Assembly (NCBI GenBank): GCA_963765105.1
Contig: CAVXUW010000001.1
Location: 1,692 to 65,691, forward strand
Length of the DNA: 64,000 bases
Origin: an uncultured Thermoleophilia bacterium
GTDB lineage: Bacteria > Actinomycetota > Thermoleophilia > Miltoncostaeales > Miltoncostaeaceae
Direction of reading: 5' to 3'
The notes below the pieces were generated by a model. The model did no database searches. It was not told the DNA's origin and was given only the letters and a program-made list of their open reading frames with translations. Of the stretch, positions 1-10,171 are shown piece by piece (within the stretch, counting starts at the first letter, position 1; each line of letters opens with the position of its first letter). Made by a program: the position numbers and the translations under genes.

Positions 1-1109
1 GCGGAGTTATCGAGGTGCATGTACTCGCTGCACGGGTTCGACGCGTTGATGCGGCCGCTGTTGGGGCAGGTGTGCCACCGGTTGATGGTGGAGTCGAACT
101 GCATGCCCGGGTCACCGCACACCCATGCGGCCTCGGCGATGTCGCGCATCAGGTCGCGCGCCTTCATGGTGTCCATGACCTCACCGGTGGTGACCGATGT
201 GGTGGACCATTCCTCGTTTGCTTCCACGGCGAGCATGAACTCGTCGTTGGCGCGGACGGAGTTGTTGGCGTTCTGGAACTGGATGGACTGCCACACCTCG
301 CCGTTCATGCCCATGTCGTAGCCCATCTCACCCAGGGCCCAGGCCTTCTTCTCCTCGTTGGCCTTACAGCCGACGAAGTCTTTGATGTCGGGGTGATCGG
401 CGTTGAGGATGACCATCTTCGCGGCACGACGGGTGGTGCCACCGGACTTGATGGCGCCGGCGCACGAGTCGGCGCCACGCATGAAGCTCACCGGCCCGGA
501 GGCAGTGCCCCCACCGGAGAGCGACTCCCGCGACGAACGCACCCGCGACAGGTTGATACCAGAGCCGGAGCCACCCTTGAAGATGACGCCTTCCTTGCTG
601 ATCCACGACAGGATGGAGTCCATGGTGTCGTCGACCGACAGGATGAAACAAGCGCTCGACTGCGGGTTCTCGCGGGTGCCCATGTTGAACCACACCGGCG
701 AGTTGAACGCCACCTTCTGCTGCACCAAAAGATGCGTCATCTCGGCCTCGAAGGTGTCGCCCTCACTGGGGTCGGAGAAGTACCCCTCCTCGTCACCCCA
801 CTGACGGAGGGTCAACACAACCCGGTCGATGAGTTGCCGCACACTCGATTCACGCCGGGGCGAACCAAGTTGCCCGCGAAAGTATTTGGAGGCCACCACG
901 TTCGTGGCAAGCTGCGACCAGTCCTTCGGGAAGTCGAGGTCATTCTGCTCGAACACCGCCGCGCCACCCTCTGCCTGGATACTGGCCGACCGACGTTCCC
1001 ACGCCACCTCGTCATACGGGTGAACGCCGGGGGTGGTGAAGTAGCGGCGCAGCGCAAGGCGCGCTCGTGCGTCACCTGAGGCCTGTGAGGCGGCGAGCTG
1101 GGTGGCCAT
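1..1109 (-). CDS. nrdJ: Class II (adenosylcobalamin-dependent) ribonucleotide reductase, N-terminal ~370 codons; the 3' part runs off the left edge
   Basis: Not in the ORF track because there is no stop inside the window. Hand translation of the reverse strand from the ATG at 1109-1107 gives MATQLAASQ..KYFRGQLGSPRRESSVRQLIDRVV..NSPVWFNMG..SACFILSVDDTMDSIL..KGGSGSGINLSRVRSS..GGTTRRAAKMVILNADHPDI..NASNPCSEYMHLDNS, which are hallmark RNR blocks. GGAGGA lies 8 nt upstream of the ATG. The + ORF 15..1079 is its antisense shadow. Confidence 0.85.
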   Translation of the reverse strand, partial: MATQLAASQASGDARARLALRRYFTTPGVHPYDEVAWERRSASIQAEGGAAVFEQNDLDFPKDWSQLATNVVASKYFRGQLGSPRRESSVRQLIDRVVLTLRQWGDEEGYFSDPSEGDTFEAEMTHLLVQQKVAFNSPVWFNMGTRENPQSSACFILSVDDTMDSILSWISKEGVIFKGGSGSGINLSRVRSSRESLSGGGTASGPVSFMRGADSCAGAIKSGGTTRRAAKMVILNADHPDIKDFVGCKANEEKKAWALGEMGYDMGMNGEVWQSIQFQNANNSVRANDEFMLAVEANEEWSTTSVTTGEVMDTMKARDLMRDIAEAAWVCGDPGMQFDSTINRWHTCPNSGRINASNPCSEYMHLDNS

Positions 1110-1711
1110 TAAGGGGTTTCCTCCTGATTTGATGATGCTGATGCGGGAGTGGCGAGCCCTCCGGTGAGCGCCCGCAGGCGTCGTCCGGGGACGGGTTGTG
1201 GGTCGGTCATTGTATCGAACATCTGTTCGTCGAGCGAGGCCTGTCCACGTGTCAACGCGGGGGCACTTTCCAGTCGCTTGAGCTCGTCTTCGAACTCTTC
1301 GACGTCGGAGAATTGGCGGTACACCGACGCGAAACGCACGTAGGCGACCTGGTCGATGTCTTTGAGTCGGCGCAGGGCAAAGTCACCGATCAGGTTGCTG
1401 GACGCCTCCTGACGCAACCGGTTGCGCAGCTCCGACTCAATGTCACGCACCGCCATCTCGAGCAGTTGCGTTGAGACCTGCCGTTTGTGGCATGCCCGTT
1501 GAAGACCGGACAGCAACTTCTGCCGGTCGAACGGCTCGCGCTCACCGGACGCCTTGATCACGACGAGCGGCATCTCCTCGAAACGCTCGTATGTGGTGAA
1601 CCGTCGGGCGCAGGAACCGCATTCACGGCGCCGGCGGATGGCGTCTTTGGCGTCAGAGACGCGGGACTCGACCACACGGTGGTCGGGGTGTTCGCAGAAA
1701 GGGCAGATCAC
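1109..1711 (-). CDS. nrdR: Transcriptional repressor NrdR (zinc ribbon + ATP-cone)
   Basis: ORF 1109..1807 contains VICPFCEHPDHRVVESR..CGSCARRFTTYERFE (zinc ribbon) and VIKASGEREPFDRQKLLSGLQRACHKR (ATP-cone). The likely GTG start is at 1711 (V-I-C-P-F-C). The stop TAA overlaps the nrdJ ATG (TAATG). Confidence 0.9.
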   Translation of the reverse strand: MICPFCEHPDHRVVESRVSDAKDAIRRRRECGSCARRFTTYERFEEMPLVVIKASGEREPFDRQKLLSGLQRACHKRQVSTQLLEMAVRDIESELRNRLRQEASSNLIGDFALRRLKDIDQVAYVRFASVYRQFSDVEEFEDELKRLESAPALTRGQASLDEQMFDTMTDPQPVPGRRLRALTGGLATPASASSNQEETP

Positions 1712-1865
1712 GGGTCGGTACGCTATCCCTGGGGTCGGACGAATGTCACGCACACCACATTCAGCGCGCGGAGGAGTGATCCTGCACGGTAAACCCCAAC
1801 CGCGCAACCCGCCCTAAAATCGTTCCCCCCGCAATTGGGGAGCTATTTCTTTCGGGCGTTTCCGC

Positions 1866-2417
1866 TCACTTGAGGAACTTGACGTTCCGCAGCGGCCAGT
1901 AGGTCACCTCGGCCTGTCCGATGACGTTGTCGATCGGCACAAACGGGTCGCTCCACTGCTTTGAATCGCACGAGTTGCCGCGATTGTCGCCGAGCACAAA
2001 GATGGAGCCCGGCGGCACCGTGTAACGCGGGAGGGACGGGGCGGGGTTGGGCCGTGCCGCCTCGACGTCGAAGATCTCGCCGTTGATACGCACGGTCCGT
2101 TCACCCACGATGGTCTCGACCGTATCTCCGGGAAGTCCGATCACCCGCTTGACGAACGGCACGTCGGGGCTGGTGGCCGTACAGGTCTCCCGGGCCGCTG
2201 CCGTGGCGTTGAACACGACGATGTCGCCGCGTTCGATGTCGCGGAAGCGGTAGATGATTCGGTTGGCGATGACCCGGTCACCTTCTTTGATGGTGGGAAT
2301 CATCGACCCCGTGGGGATTTGGTACGGCTTGGCCACGGCGGCCTGAATGAGAAACGCCAGGGAGATCGCCACTGCGACGGGCAGGACGATGTCCTTCATG
2401 AGGCGACGAAGGATCAT
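1866..2417 (-). CDS. lepB: Signal peptidase I
   Basis: N-terminal TM segment followed by the motifs GSMIPTIKEGDRV, VKRVIGLPGDTV and GDNRGNSCDSKQW, typical of S26 signal peptidases. Confidence 0.85.
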   Translation of the reverse strand: MILRRLMKDIVLPVAVAISLAFLIQAAVAKPYQIPTGSMIPTIKEGDRVIANRIIYRFRDIERGDIVVFNATAAARETCTATSPDVPFVKRVIGLPGDTVETIVGERTVRINGEIFDVEAARPNPAPSLPRYTVPPGSIFVLGDNRGNSCDSKQWSDPFVPIDNVIGQAEVTYWPLRNVKFLK

Positions 2418-2818
2418 TCCGGTGCCGCGTCATCGTCGTCGCGGCGACGTCGCGCCGCCAGGATGGCGCCGACCAGAAGCAGCACTGCCGCCGGAATTCC
2501 GATGAGCGCGCCCGCGCCGATGCCGGAGTCGTCGGACTCAGGTGCCGGGGATGGGCAAGGCCGCTCCGCGGTGCCCACCAACGCCGGATTCGCCAGTGCG
2601 GCGTCGATCGTTTCGAGCTCTTCACCGTAGGCAACCGGTTCGAGGGACTTTTGCGCCGTGTCGTAGTCGGCGCGGCTGTGGCAGCTGTCGATGGCGCCGT
2701 TGTCCTTCACGTCGTTGATAACGTCCTCGGGGCTCGCAACCGCAGCCGCGGTGAACACGCCGAATAGGGCGAGCGTGAGAAGGCATGCGAAACGGCGACG
2801 TAACACGGCAACCACCAC
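2414..2818 (-). CDS. Hypothetical secreted/membrane-anchored protein (signal peptide plus C-terminal TM and RRRRDDDD tail)
   Basis: N-terminus LLTLALFGVFTAAAVASP looks like a signal peptide. C-terminus GALIGIPAAVLLLVGAILAARRRR looks like a TM anchor. There is a 4-nt overlap with lepB. No family recognised. Confidence 0.5.
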   Translation of the reverse strand: MVVAVLRRRFACLLTLALFGVFTAAAVASPEDVINDVKDNGAIDSCHSRADYDTAQKSLEPVAYGEELETIDAALANPALVGTAERPCPSPAPESDDSGIGAGALIGIPAAVLLLVGAILAARRRRDDDDAAPE

Positions 2819-2918
2819 GGTGACAGAGGGAACGGACGGCGAGCGCGGGAGCGACGCTGATCGTATCGATGTCTCGTTAAGCCCTCAAGGCGACAGGGTC
2901 ACCCACTACCTGGGCTTC

Positions 2919-4730
2919 ATGGCCTTGGTGGGCTGGTCGGCACTGGCACTTGCCGGTGGCGGAGTTGACCTCGGAAGCCTCGACGGCGGGTGGGGGCAGA
3001 CCAGTTTCATGGCCGCGTTGATCGGCGGGCCGGTGCTCGCCGTGGTCTGCCTCATTCGCATCCGAAAGGTCGCATGGTCGCGTGCCACGTCCGTAACGAT
3101 CGGCGCTTTCGCCGCGCTGGCGGCATGGTCGGCGGTGTCGATCGCGTGGGCGAGCCGCCCCGATCTGGCGTGGCTCTCGGCCAACCGCACCGCCCTTGCG
3201 CTTGCTGCGGTCGTCGTCGGTGTCGCGTGGGGCGCATCACAGACGGCACCAGCACGGTCGTTGGCGGTGGGCGTGAGCCTCGCGGCGTTGCCCGTGCTTG
3301 TGTGGTCGCTCGCCGGGCGGGTGGTGCCCGACCTTGCGGCGCCACTCGTCGACACCCCGCGCCTCACCGCACCCATCGGCCATGCCAACGGTTTGGCCGT
3401 GGTTGCGGCCATGGCCCTCCCAGGGGCCCTCGTGTGGGCCGGAGACATCCGACGACGTCGCGACCTGTCCGTTGTGATCGCGGCAGTGCCGCTGCTGGTG
3501 ATCGTCCTGACCGGATCGCGAAGCGGTGCCATCGCCACGCTCGTAACGATTGGCGTGGCCCTGTGGCTTTTGCCCGACCGGCCGCGCATGCTGGCGACCC
3601 TCGGCGCCGCCGCCGCCGGGATCGTTTCGGCGGCGTGGCTTGCGCTCACCGCGGACGGCCTGAGCGGTGGGAACATCCTTCCCGTGCCGGGTCAGCGACG
3701 TGGCATCGGCCTGGTGCTCGGAGGCCTGATCGCCGCCGGAATCATCGCGGCGATTGTTCTTCGGCCCGCGCTGGTGCCCGTCGCGAGACGGGTGAGCAGC
3801 ATGCTTACTCGCCCCGTCGCAGCTGTGGCGGTCGCCGTCGTCGTCGTCGGCGCCGCGGTGGTGGTGTGGGCTGGTCGGGGCGTCACGGCAAACGACGGCG
3901 CCACCCGTGTCTTCAGCGCCGATTCCAACAACCGCTCCGCCTGGTGGGGGCAGGCGTGGCGCGGTTTCCTCGACGCGCCCCTGGCCGGAAACGGCGCCGG
4001 CAGCTTTCCGGTGACGCACCTGACCGAGCGAACCGCCGACGTGCCCAGCCTCCAAGTCCGCCAACCGCATCAACTGGTGTTGGAGCTCCTCACGGAGATC
4101 GGCATCGTCGGCCTGGTGCTTGCACTCGTGGCGCTGGGCGGTGTCGTCGTCGCCGCGCACACGGGGCGCCGCGCCGTCGGGCCGGCCGTGTGCCTCCTGA
4201 TGCCGTTTCTCGTGACCGCTCAACTCGACTGGACCTGGGCTATCCCCGCCGCAACCCTGCCCGCCATGGCCGCCGCGGGAGTAATCGTCGCTCATGGCGC
4301 CCGGGGCCGGTCGATCAGATGGGCATCATGGGGACGCCTGGGTACTGCCAGCGCCTGCGCCCTCGTCGTTGCGGGCGGTGGTGTCGCCGCGTGGGCCGCG
4401 AAGTCGGCGGCGTGGGATGCGCGCCTGCTGCGGCAGGATTTCGACCTCACGGCCGCGCTTGCCCGGGCAGAGCGCGCCACCGACCTCAACCCACTTGCCA
4501 TTCATGGCCTCATGATCGAGGCCCTGGTGCGCGAGGCCGTTGACGACATCCCCGGGGCTCAGGCCGCCGCACGACGGGCCACCACCCGTCACCCCGATAA
4601 CCCCACCCCATGGGAGTGCGTCGCGGCGCTCACGAGCGGTCCCGAGAAGTCCGCCGCCCAGGAGCAGCTGTCCCAGCTGGATCCGGCGCGAAACCCCAAC
4701 CGACCGTTTGCCTGCATCGCGACCCGCTAG
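2919..4730 (+). CDS. O-antigen ligase (Wzy_C)-like polytopic membrane protein with C-terminal TPR-like region
   Basis: Many TM helices and the motif NRSAWWGQAWRGFLDAPLAGNGAGSFP typical of O-antigen ligase/polymerase-like proteins. The C-terminal ~120 aa are helical-repeat-like. ORF track start 2691 overlaps the divergent gene, so ATG 2919 (MALVGW) is preferred. Confidence 0.7.
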   Translation: MALVGWSALALAGGGVDLGSLDGGWGQTSFMAALIGGPVLAVVCLIRIRKVAWSRATSVTIGAFAALAAWSAVSIAWASRPDLAWLSANRTALALAAVVVGVAWGASQTAPARSLAVGVSLAALPVLVWSLAGRVVPDLAAPLVDTPRLTAPIGHANGLAVVAAMALPGALVWAGDIRRRRDLSVVIAAVPLLVIVLTGSRSGAIATLVTIGVALWLLPDRPRMLATLGAAAAGIVSAAWLALTADGLSGGNILPVPGQRRGIGLVLGGLIAAGIIAAIVLRPALVPVARRVSSMLTRPVAAVAVAVVVVGAAVVVWAGRGVTANDGATRVFSADSNNRSAWWGQAWRGFLDAPLAGNGAGSFPVTHLTERTADVPSLQVRQPHQLVLELLTEIGIVGLVLALVALGGVVVAAHTGRRAVGPAVCLLMPFLVTAQLDWTWAIPAATLPAMAAAGVIVAHGARGRSIRWASWGRLGTASACALVVAGGGVAAWAAKSAAWDARLLRQDFDLTAALARAERATDLNPLAIHGLMIEALVREAVDDIPGAQAAARRATTRHPDNPTPWECVAALTSGPEKSAAQEQLSQLDPARNPNRPFACIATR

Positions 4731-4794
4731 CGGTCGCCTCCGTTTGAGTGGGAACGCGCCGCGGAAAGCGTGGGGGCGCCGAGTAGTGCTCCGC

Positions 4795-5679
4795 TCACCT
4801 GGTCTTTGCACCGCGAGGCATAATGCGCTCGCCGAGTCCGTGCGGGACGACAGACGCGTGGAACGCGTAGAGCGATTCGTCGTAGCGCGGGTGCCCGTGT
4901 GACGCCGACATCCCACCATCGACGACCAAAGTGTGACCAGTGACGTAACTCGACGCGTCCGACGCCAGAAACAGGAGCGGTCCGACGAGTTCATCGGGAT
5001 CGCCCACCCGGCCGGTTGGCTGCTGGCTCAGTATCCGATCGCCGTACACGGGCGCATCGATGTAGGGGCTGGCCATCTCGCTGGGAAACCAGCCCGGCGC
5101 CAGGGCATTGACACGAACGCCCCGATCGGCCCAGGACACGGCAAGGTTGCGGCACAGATTGATGACCCCCGCCTTAGTCGCCTGATACGCGGGCGGGAAG
5201 CACTGCTGACCCCGCAGCCCCGCCACCGACGACACGGCAATGATCGATCCGGAACCGGCCGCCAGCATGCGGGCGCCGGCCTCGCGCAGGCAATACCAAA
5301 CGCCCAGAAGATTCACCTGCACCGTCTGCTCGAAAAGTTCGTGCGGCAAGCGTTCCGGCATCGGACCGCCGTCGGCAGCAGTGCCGGCGTTCGCCACCAG
5401 CACGTCGAGCCCCCCGTAATGCTCCGCAACCGTGAAGATGGCGTCACCGACCTGGACGGCGTCGGTCACGTCGCACGGCACGACGAGGCAGTCTCCACCG
5501 TCAGTGCGTATCCGCTCGGCAACGGCTTCGAGTCTGTCGGCGCGCCGCGCGGTGATCGCGACTCTCGCCCCCGCCGCAGCGAGGGCTTCCGCAAACCGCT
5601 CACCCAACCCGGATGACGCTCCCGTCACCATCGCGACACGCCCGTCGAGGCGCAGGGTGGGAAGGGCGTCGGGGCTCAT
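4795..5679 (-). CDS. Short-chain dehydrogenase/reductase (SDR) family oxidoreductase
   Basis: VTGASSGLG Rossmann motif, NAG, and the catalytic Y-x3-K (YQATKAG). Confidence 0.85.
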   Translation of the reverse strand: MSPDALPTLRLDGRVAMVTGASSGLGERFAEALAAAGARVAITARRADRLEAVAERIRTDGGDCLVVPCDVTDAVQVGDAIFTVAEHYGGLDVLVANAGTAADGGPMPERLPHELFEQTVQVNLLGVWYCLREAGARMLAAGSGSIIAVSSVAGLRGQQCFPPAYQATKAGVINLCRNLAVSWADRGVRVNALAPGWFPSEMASPYIDAPVYGDRILSQQPTGRVGDPDELVGPLLFLASDASSYVTGHTLVVDGGMSASHGHPRYDESLYAFHASVVPHGLGERIMPRGAKTR

Positions 5680-5711
5680 GGTCTCGCCATCTCCTGTGTC
5701 GTGCGATCGAA

Positions 5712-6134
5712 TTAACCGAACGAGCCCAACATCCCCGCCGCCGCCATCAGCGTCGCCGTGTCCCAGTAGACGCGCTCCTCACGGATGCGACCGCCCTCGA
5801 CGATCACGACGCTCACCCCGCGCAACTCTCCCGCCTTCCCGGTGGCCGGGAGCGGGCCAAACGGGGCACTCGACGTCCCCCGGAAGGTCCACTCCAGCAC
5901 CTCACGATCGGCTTCAGCGGTGCGCGACCTGACCTCCAGCTCACAATCCGGCCACGCCGAGATGATCTCGCCGACGCCGGCGGCGATGGCCTCGCGCCCT
6001 TCCAGGCGCCGATGCGTGAAAGCGACCTCGTCGCGAACACCGTCATCCGTGTAGAGAGCCGCGATCTGCGCGGGATCCCGAGCGTCCCATGCGGTTGCGA
6101 TTTCGTCAATGAGCATCGTGGCCCCCTCCGGCAT
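5712..6134 (-). CDS. SnoaL-like / NTF2-fold protein (ester cyclase-like)
   Basis: 140 aa with the pattern ..YTDDGVRDE..GREAI..WPDCELEV..F.G...GPLPATGK..L.GV.V..V.GG.I.EE.VYWD typical of SnoaL-like cyclases. Confidence 0.7.
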   Translation of the reverse strand: MPEGATMLIDEIATAWDARDPAQIAALYTDDGVRDEVAFTHRRLEGREAIAAGVGEIISAWPDCELEVRSRTAEADREVLEWTFRGTSSAPFGPLPATGKAGELRGVSVVIVEGGRIREERVYWDTATLMAAAGMLGSFG

Positions 6135-6363
6135 TCGCTGTTGGGACAGCGCGGATCTGTGCGGGCTCGGAGTCCGTCAACCTGACGGCGACACCCGCGA
6201 AGAAGCGTTCACGGGCGGCGCAATACGCTGCCCAACCAGGAACCAGGGGATCATCCGGGTCGAGTGGGCGCAGGTCATCCCGACGGAACGAGACCACCTT
6301 ATGGGTAGGGGGGTCGCTCAATCCGTTCACTGTCATGACTTCCCCTCTCGTGGTCAGTCGCAA
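6106..6363 (-). CDS. Small hypothetical ORF (weak)
   Basis: Only an ORF of 85 aa that overlaps the SnoaL gene start by ~29 nt. No recognisable motif. Confidence 0.25.
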   Translation of the reverse strand: MRLTTRGEVMTVNGLSDPPTHKVVSFRRDDLRPLDPDDPLVPGWAAYCAARERFFAGVAVRLTDSEPAQIRAVPTANAGGGHDAH

Positions 6364-6527
6364 CGCGGTGCGTCAAAACCGAGGGGGTTTCATCGACGCA
6401 CGTCGAGACACGACCACGCTAGGACGTCCCGCGAGCGTTTACATCGGGGGAATCCCCAGGGTGAATCGACAACCTGCGAAAACATGCAACCAACGGCCGC
6501 TCCCCACACCTGTATCTCTCGTATGAA

Positions 6528-9293
6528 CTAAGCCGGGATCGTCGTGCCGGCGCGTGCGATGTTGTAGGCCAGCTCGGCGCGCGTTCTCACGCCCAGCTTC
6601 GCAAACACGTGCCCAAGGTGGTACTCCACCGTCTTGGGGCTGATGAACAGGGCAGTCGCCACCTCTTTGTTCGTCGCCCCTTCGGCGACCGCGAGGGCGA
6701 CCCGCAGCTCCTGAGGCGTCAGTTCCCCGGTGGCCGCTTTGCCTGCGCTGCGCGGTCGGACGCCGGTCACCCGAAGCTCACGGCGTGCCCACTCGGCCCA
6801 CGGCGCCGCGCCGATCGCCGCGAACGTCTCGAGCGCCGCGTTGAGCGGTTCGCGTGCATCCTTCATCCGCCGCGCCTGGCGACGCCGCTCACCGAGGCAC
6901 AACAGGGTTCGCGCCCGCTCGAACGGCGTCGGAGTGTGCGCGTGAAACTCCAAAGCCTTCGCGAAATGGGCTTCGAACGCGTCGGATGGGGCGAGGAGGC
7001 CGCGACAGCGGGCGACCGCGGCATGAACCCACGGAACGCCGATGGCGTCAGCCTTCTGGTTGAGTGCCGCCAGCTGTCGTTCCGCCTCCTCGATCCGGCC
7101 CAGCCGGATCAGCGTTTCGATCAAGTCCTGCTCGAAGGGGACGAGGAGAGGATGTGCCCGTCCGCCTGCCCAGGTGCGGCGTGCGGCGTCGCTGAGATGA
7201 ATGACGGCACGGTCGGGGTCTGGTTCACCGAGTGCGAGCAAGCCGAGCGCTGCCTCTGCGAAGATCGGCAGGCTATCGGCCTCGCTCTCACCCAAACCCT
7301 CAATCCCCGCCTCGGCGTGAGAGCAACAGTCGGCTGTCCTGCCCAGGATTGCCTCAATCCTCGCAAGTGTGCCAAGAGCCCACCCGCGCACCCCCAGCTG
7401 CCCGGTTTCCCCAGCGATGTCCGCGGCCTCGCCTGCGTCAGCGCGAGCCTCGTGGAGTCGGCCGAGACGACCGAGAACCTCGGCGCGGACGGTAAGTGGG
7501 TACGGGAGCGCCGACGGCGTGCTGCGCATTCGCGCGGCCCGGGTTGCCGTGGTCGTTCGGTCCAAAGCATCGGAGTACCGCTCCTCGAGCATCAGCCTGT
7601 GGTGGAGAGACACACTCCAGAACCACGCAACCGGATCGCCATTTGTGGCCATACGAATGAGTTCCGCCTCGGCCTCGCCCGAGATCCGACGGGGCTCACA
7701 CGTGTTCATCAACGCTGAGGCCAGTGCGACCTCCACGAGCGCGTTGACCCCGGGCGGTGCGTCCTTCGCAAGCATGGCTGCCCGCTCGGCGAACAGGCGA
7801 GCTTCGTCAACTTCGCCCCGCATAGTGCTCCCGAGCATCGCCTGAGTAAGGAAAGCGGCTGCTGCGTATGGATCGACGGAGACGAAACGGTCTGCCGCCG
7901 CAATGAGCATATTGACCGCTTTCCGGCAGGAGCCTCCCCACGTCTCGACATGAGCCCGCGACGCGATTGCCCCGCCAACCTGCTGAGGGTCGGCCTCGAG
8001 CCCAATCACGGCGTCGAGCAGGGCCGCCGCACGCGCAAAAGCACCCGCCTGCACCGCGCATTGTCCCGCCAATCCCAGTAGTCGGCCGCGGTCGACAACA
8101 TGGGGGCTCAGCCGTGCTGCGGCAGAGAACGCATCGGCAGCGACCATGTAGGCGTTTCGCGCGGCGGCTCGGCCGGCTGCGTGCTCAAGCGCCGCCGCCA
8201 CCGTCGGGTTGGGACCGGTGCTTGCCAGCGCCAGGTGCCATGCCCGCCGGTCGAGAATCTCGTGAGTGTCCGTCCCGTGCGCGGCCACGGCAAGCGCGCG
8301 ATGTGCGGAGCGTCGCTCGGACGCGGACGCCGACTGGTAGACGGCGGCACGCACCAGTGGATGGGCAAAACGCGGACCTGAGGGATGCAGGCTCACCACC
8401 CCGGCCCGTTCGGCCTCCTCGAGATCGGCGCGCGATACGCCTTCTGCGTGCAGTGCCACATCGAGCAGTCCGCTGCCGTCATCGGCGCTGGCGATGAGCA
8501 GGGCGCGCTGAGTCACCGGCGTAAGGTCGCGCACGGAGCGGAGGAACGCCCGCTGCAGATACGCCCCGACGGGAAGCGGATCAGGAAGAGGCTCGCGGCC
8601 GGCCAACTGCGGCGGTGTGAGCGAGCGCGCCAACTCCGTGAGCGCAAGCGGGTTGCCCCGGGCGTCGGCGACCAGACGGTCGATGACGTCCGGAGCCGGC
8701 GCATTCGCCGCAGAGCGCACCAGCAACTGGCCGGCGGTAGAGCGGCAGAGTCCGTCAATGCGCAGCCGAGGGAGCGCCGTGGAGTCCGTTAGCTCGTTGG
8801 CGCCGTCACGCACCGCGAGCACAATGCGTATGTCCTCGGCCGCGATCCGTCGCGCCACAAAGAAGATCGCCTCGAGCGACTCATGATCCAATCAATGTGC
8901 GTCATCGACGATGCAGACGACGGGGCCGTCGTCCGCGGCCGCAGCAAGCAGCCCAAGGGTGGCCGCATACGTCGTGAAACGATCACCGGGCGACGCCGGG
9001 CCCAGGGCGAGGGCTCCCCGCAACGCATCGGCCTGCGGGGCGGGCAGGTCATCGATGTGATTGGCGATGGGGCCAAGCAGGTCCGCGAGGCCCGCGAAGG
9101 CCAGCCGCGACTCCGCCTCCACGCCCGCCGCTTTGAGAAGACGGGCTCCATCGGCCGCCTGACGCGCGTAGGCGAGCAGCGTCGTCTTGCCGATGCCCGC
9201 CTCGCCTGAGATCAGCAGCACGCCAGTGCGGTTCTGCCCGCAGCGCTGGAGGACCTCATCGAGAACGGCTCTCTCAGCATCCCGTCCCAGCAT
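6528..9293 (-). pseudogene. Large ATP-binding LuxR-family (LAL-type: AAA/P-loop, TPR-like, HTH) regulator, interrupted by an in-frame TGA at 8892-8894
   Basis: ORFs 8892..9293 (Walker A GEAGIGKTTL; ..VCIVDDAH) and 6528..8891 (LDHESLEAIFFVARR.. ending with the LuxR HTH LTPQELRVALAVAEGATNKEVATALFISPKTVEYHLGHVFAKLG) are in the same frame. Only a single TGA separates them. Confidence 0.8.
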
Positions 9294-9436
9294 GTACGCA
9301 ATCTCTTGCGAACACCGGGAAGTTGCAACTAATTCCGTCGACCGTCTTACACAGTGAACGGTTTGGGGGTCCCTTCGGGTCGAGAAGCCGCTCCCCAGCC
9401 GGATTCAGCTGCGGCACACCACGCGTTGCCGGCGAC

Positions 9437-10171
9437 CTAGCCCCGTTTCAGTCGCCGCAGGCGCAGGATGTGTGCGGCCGCCTCGCTCACGATGTCACCA
9501 CTCATCTTCGACTCGCCATGGATGCGTTCGGTGAAGGTGATCGGCACCTCGGTGACGCGGAAGCCGGCGAGCAGCGCCCGGTAGGTCAACTCCACCTGAA
9601 AGACGTAGCCGGCCGCCGTGACCTCATCCAGCGGCAGCGTTTCGAGCACCACACGACGGAAGCACTTGAAACCGCCGGTGAGATCGCGCAGCGCGACGCC
9701 CAACACCCGACGGGCGTACCAGCAGCCGCCGCGGCTGATGATGCGCCGCGCGAGGCCCCAGCGCGCCACACCACCTCCGCGCGTGTAGCGCGAGCCGAGC
9801 ACGAGATCGGCGTCCTCGGCGGCCGCAATGAGGCGCGGTACGTCGGCGGGGTTGTGGGAAAAGTCGGCATCCATCTCGAGGATGAGCTCCGCACCGGCGG
9901 CGAGTGCGGTGCCAAAACCGGCCCGGTAGGCCGGGCCGATGCCCTCTTTGGCCGTGCGGCGGAGCACGGCCACGCGCGGGTCGCGCGCAGTGACCCGGTC
10001 GGCCAGGTCTGCGGTGCCGTCGGGCGAGCCGTCGTCCACGACCAGCACATGACCGTCGATGGCGTGGGCGTCGAAGACGTCGAGCAGCGCATCGAGAATC
10101 GCGGTGATGTTCTCGGCCTCCTGATAGGTGGGAAGCACCACCCACGCGGGCCGACGCTGAGGCACGCTCAC
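9437..10171 (-). CDS. ppm1: Polyprenol-monophosphomannose synthase (GT2)
   Basis: VLPTYQEAENI..VVDDGSPDGT..EGIGPAYRAGF..LEMDADFSHNPADVPRL..DLVLGSRY is the classic Ppm1/DPM1-like signature. Confidence 0.85.
   Translation of the reverse strand: MSVPQRRPAWVVLPTYQEAENITAILDALLDVFDAHAIDGHVLVVDDGSPDGTADLADRVTARDPRVAVLRRTAKEGIGPAYRAGFGTALAAGAELILEMDADFSHNPADVPRLIAAAEDADLVLGSRYTRGGGVARWGLARRIISRGGCWYARRVLGVALRDLTGGFKCFRRVVLETLPLDEVTAAGYVFQVELTYRALLAGFRVTEVPITFTERIHGESKMSGDIVSEAAAHILRLRRLKRG

Noticed and set aside
15-1079. 354-aa + strand ORF at the left edge
   Set aside because: It is the antisense shadow of nrdJ. Its translation is low-complexity (G/V/H/A/R-rich) with no motifs, while the opposite strand encodes textbook class II RNR blocks.
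2990-4543. Long Arg/Gly/Pro-rich ORFs overlapping real genes in other frames or on the other strand. Examples: 2990..4543, 3237..4295, 9323..10246, 13804..14694, 17288..18226, 30065..31432, 33801..34778, 34570..35553, 39072..40259, 41401..42303, 57535..58719, 62549..63646
   Set aside because: These are typical spurious open frames of high-GC DNA. Each overlaps a gene with clear family motifs, and their compositions (R, G, P, A runs) are not protein-like.
8892-8894. TGA in the LuxR/LAL regulator as a selenocysteine codon
   Set aside because: The position aligns with a conserved Trp, not Cys/Sec. No SECIS-like hairpin is evident immediately downstream, and the protein family is not a selenoprotein family.
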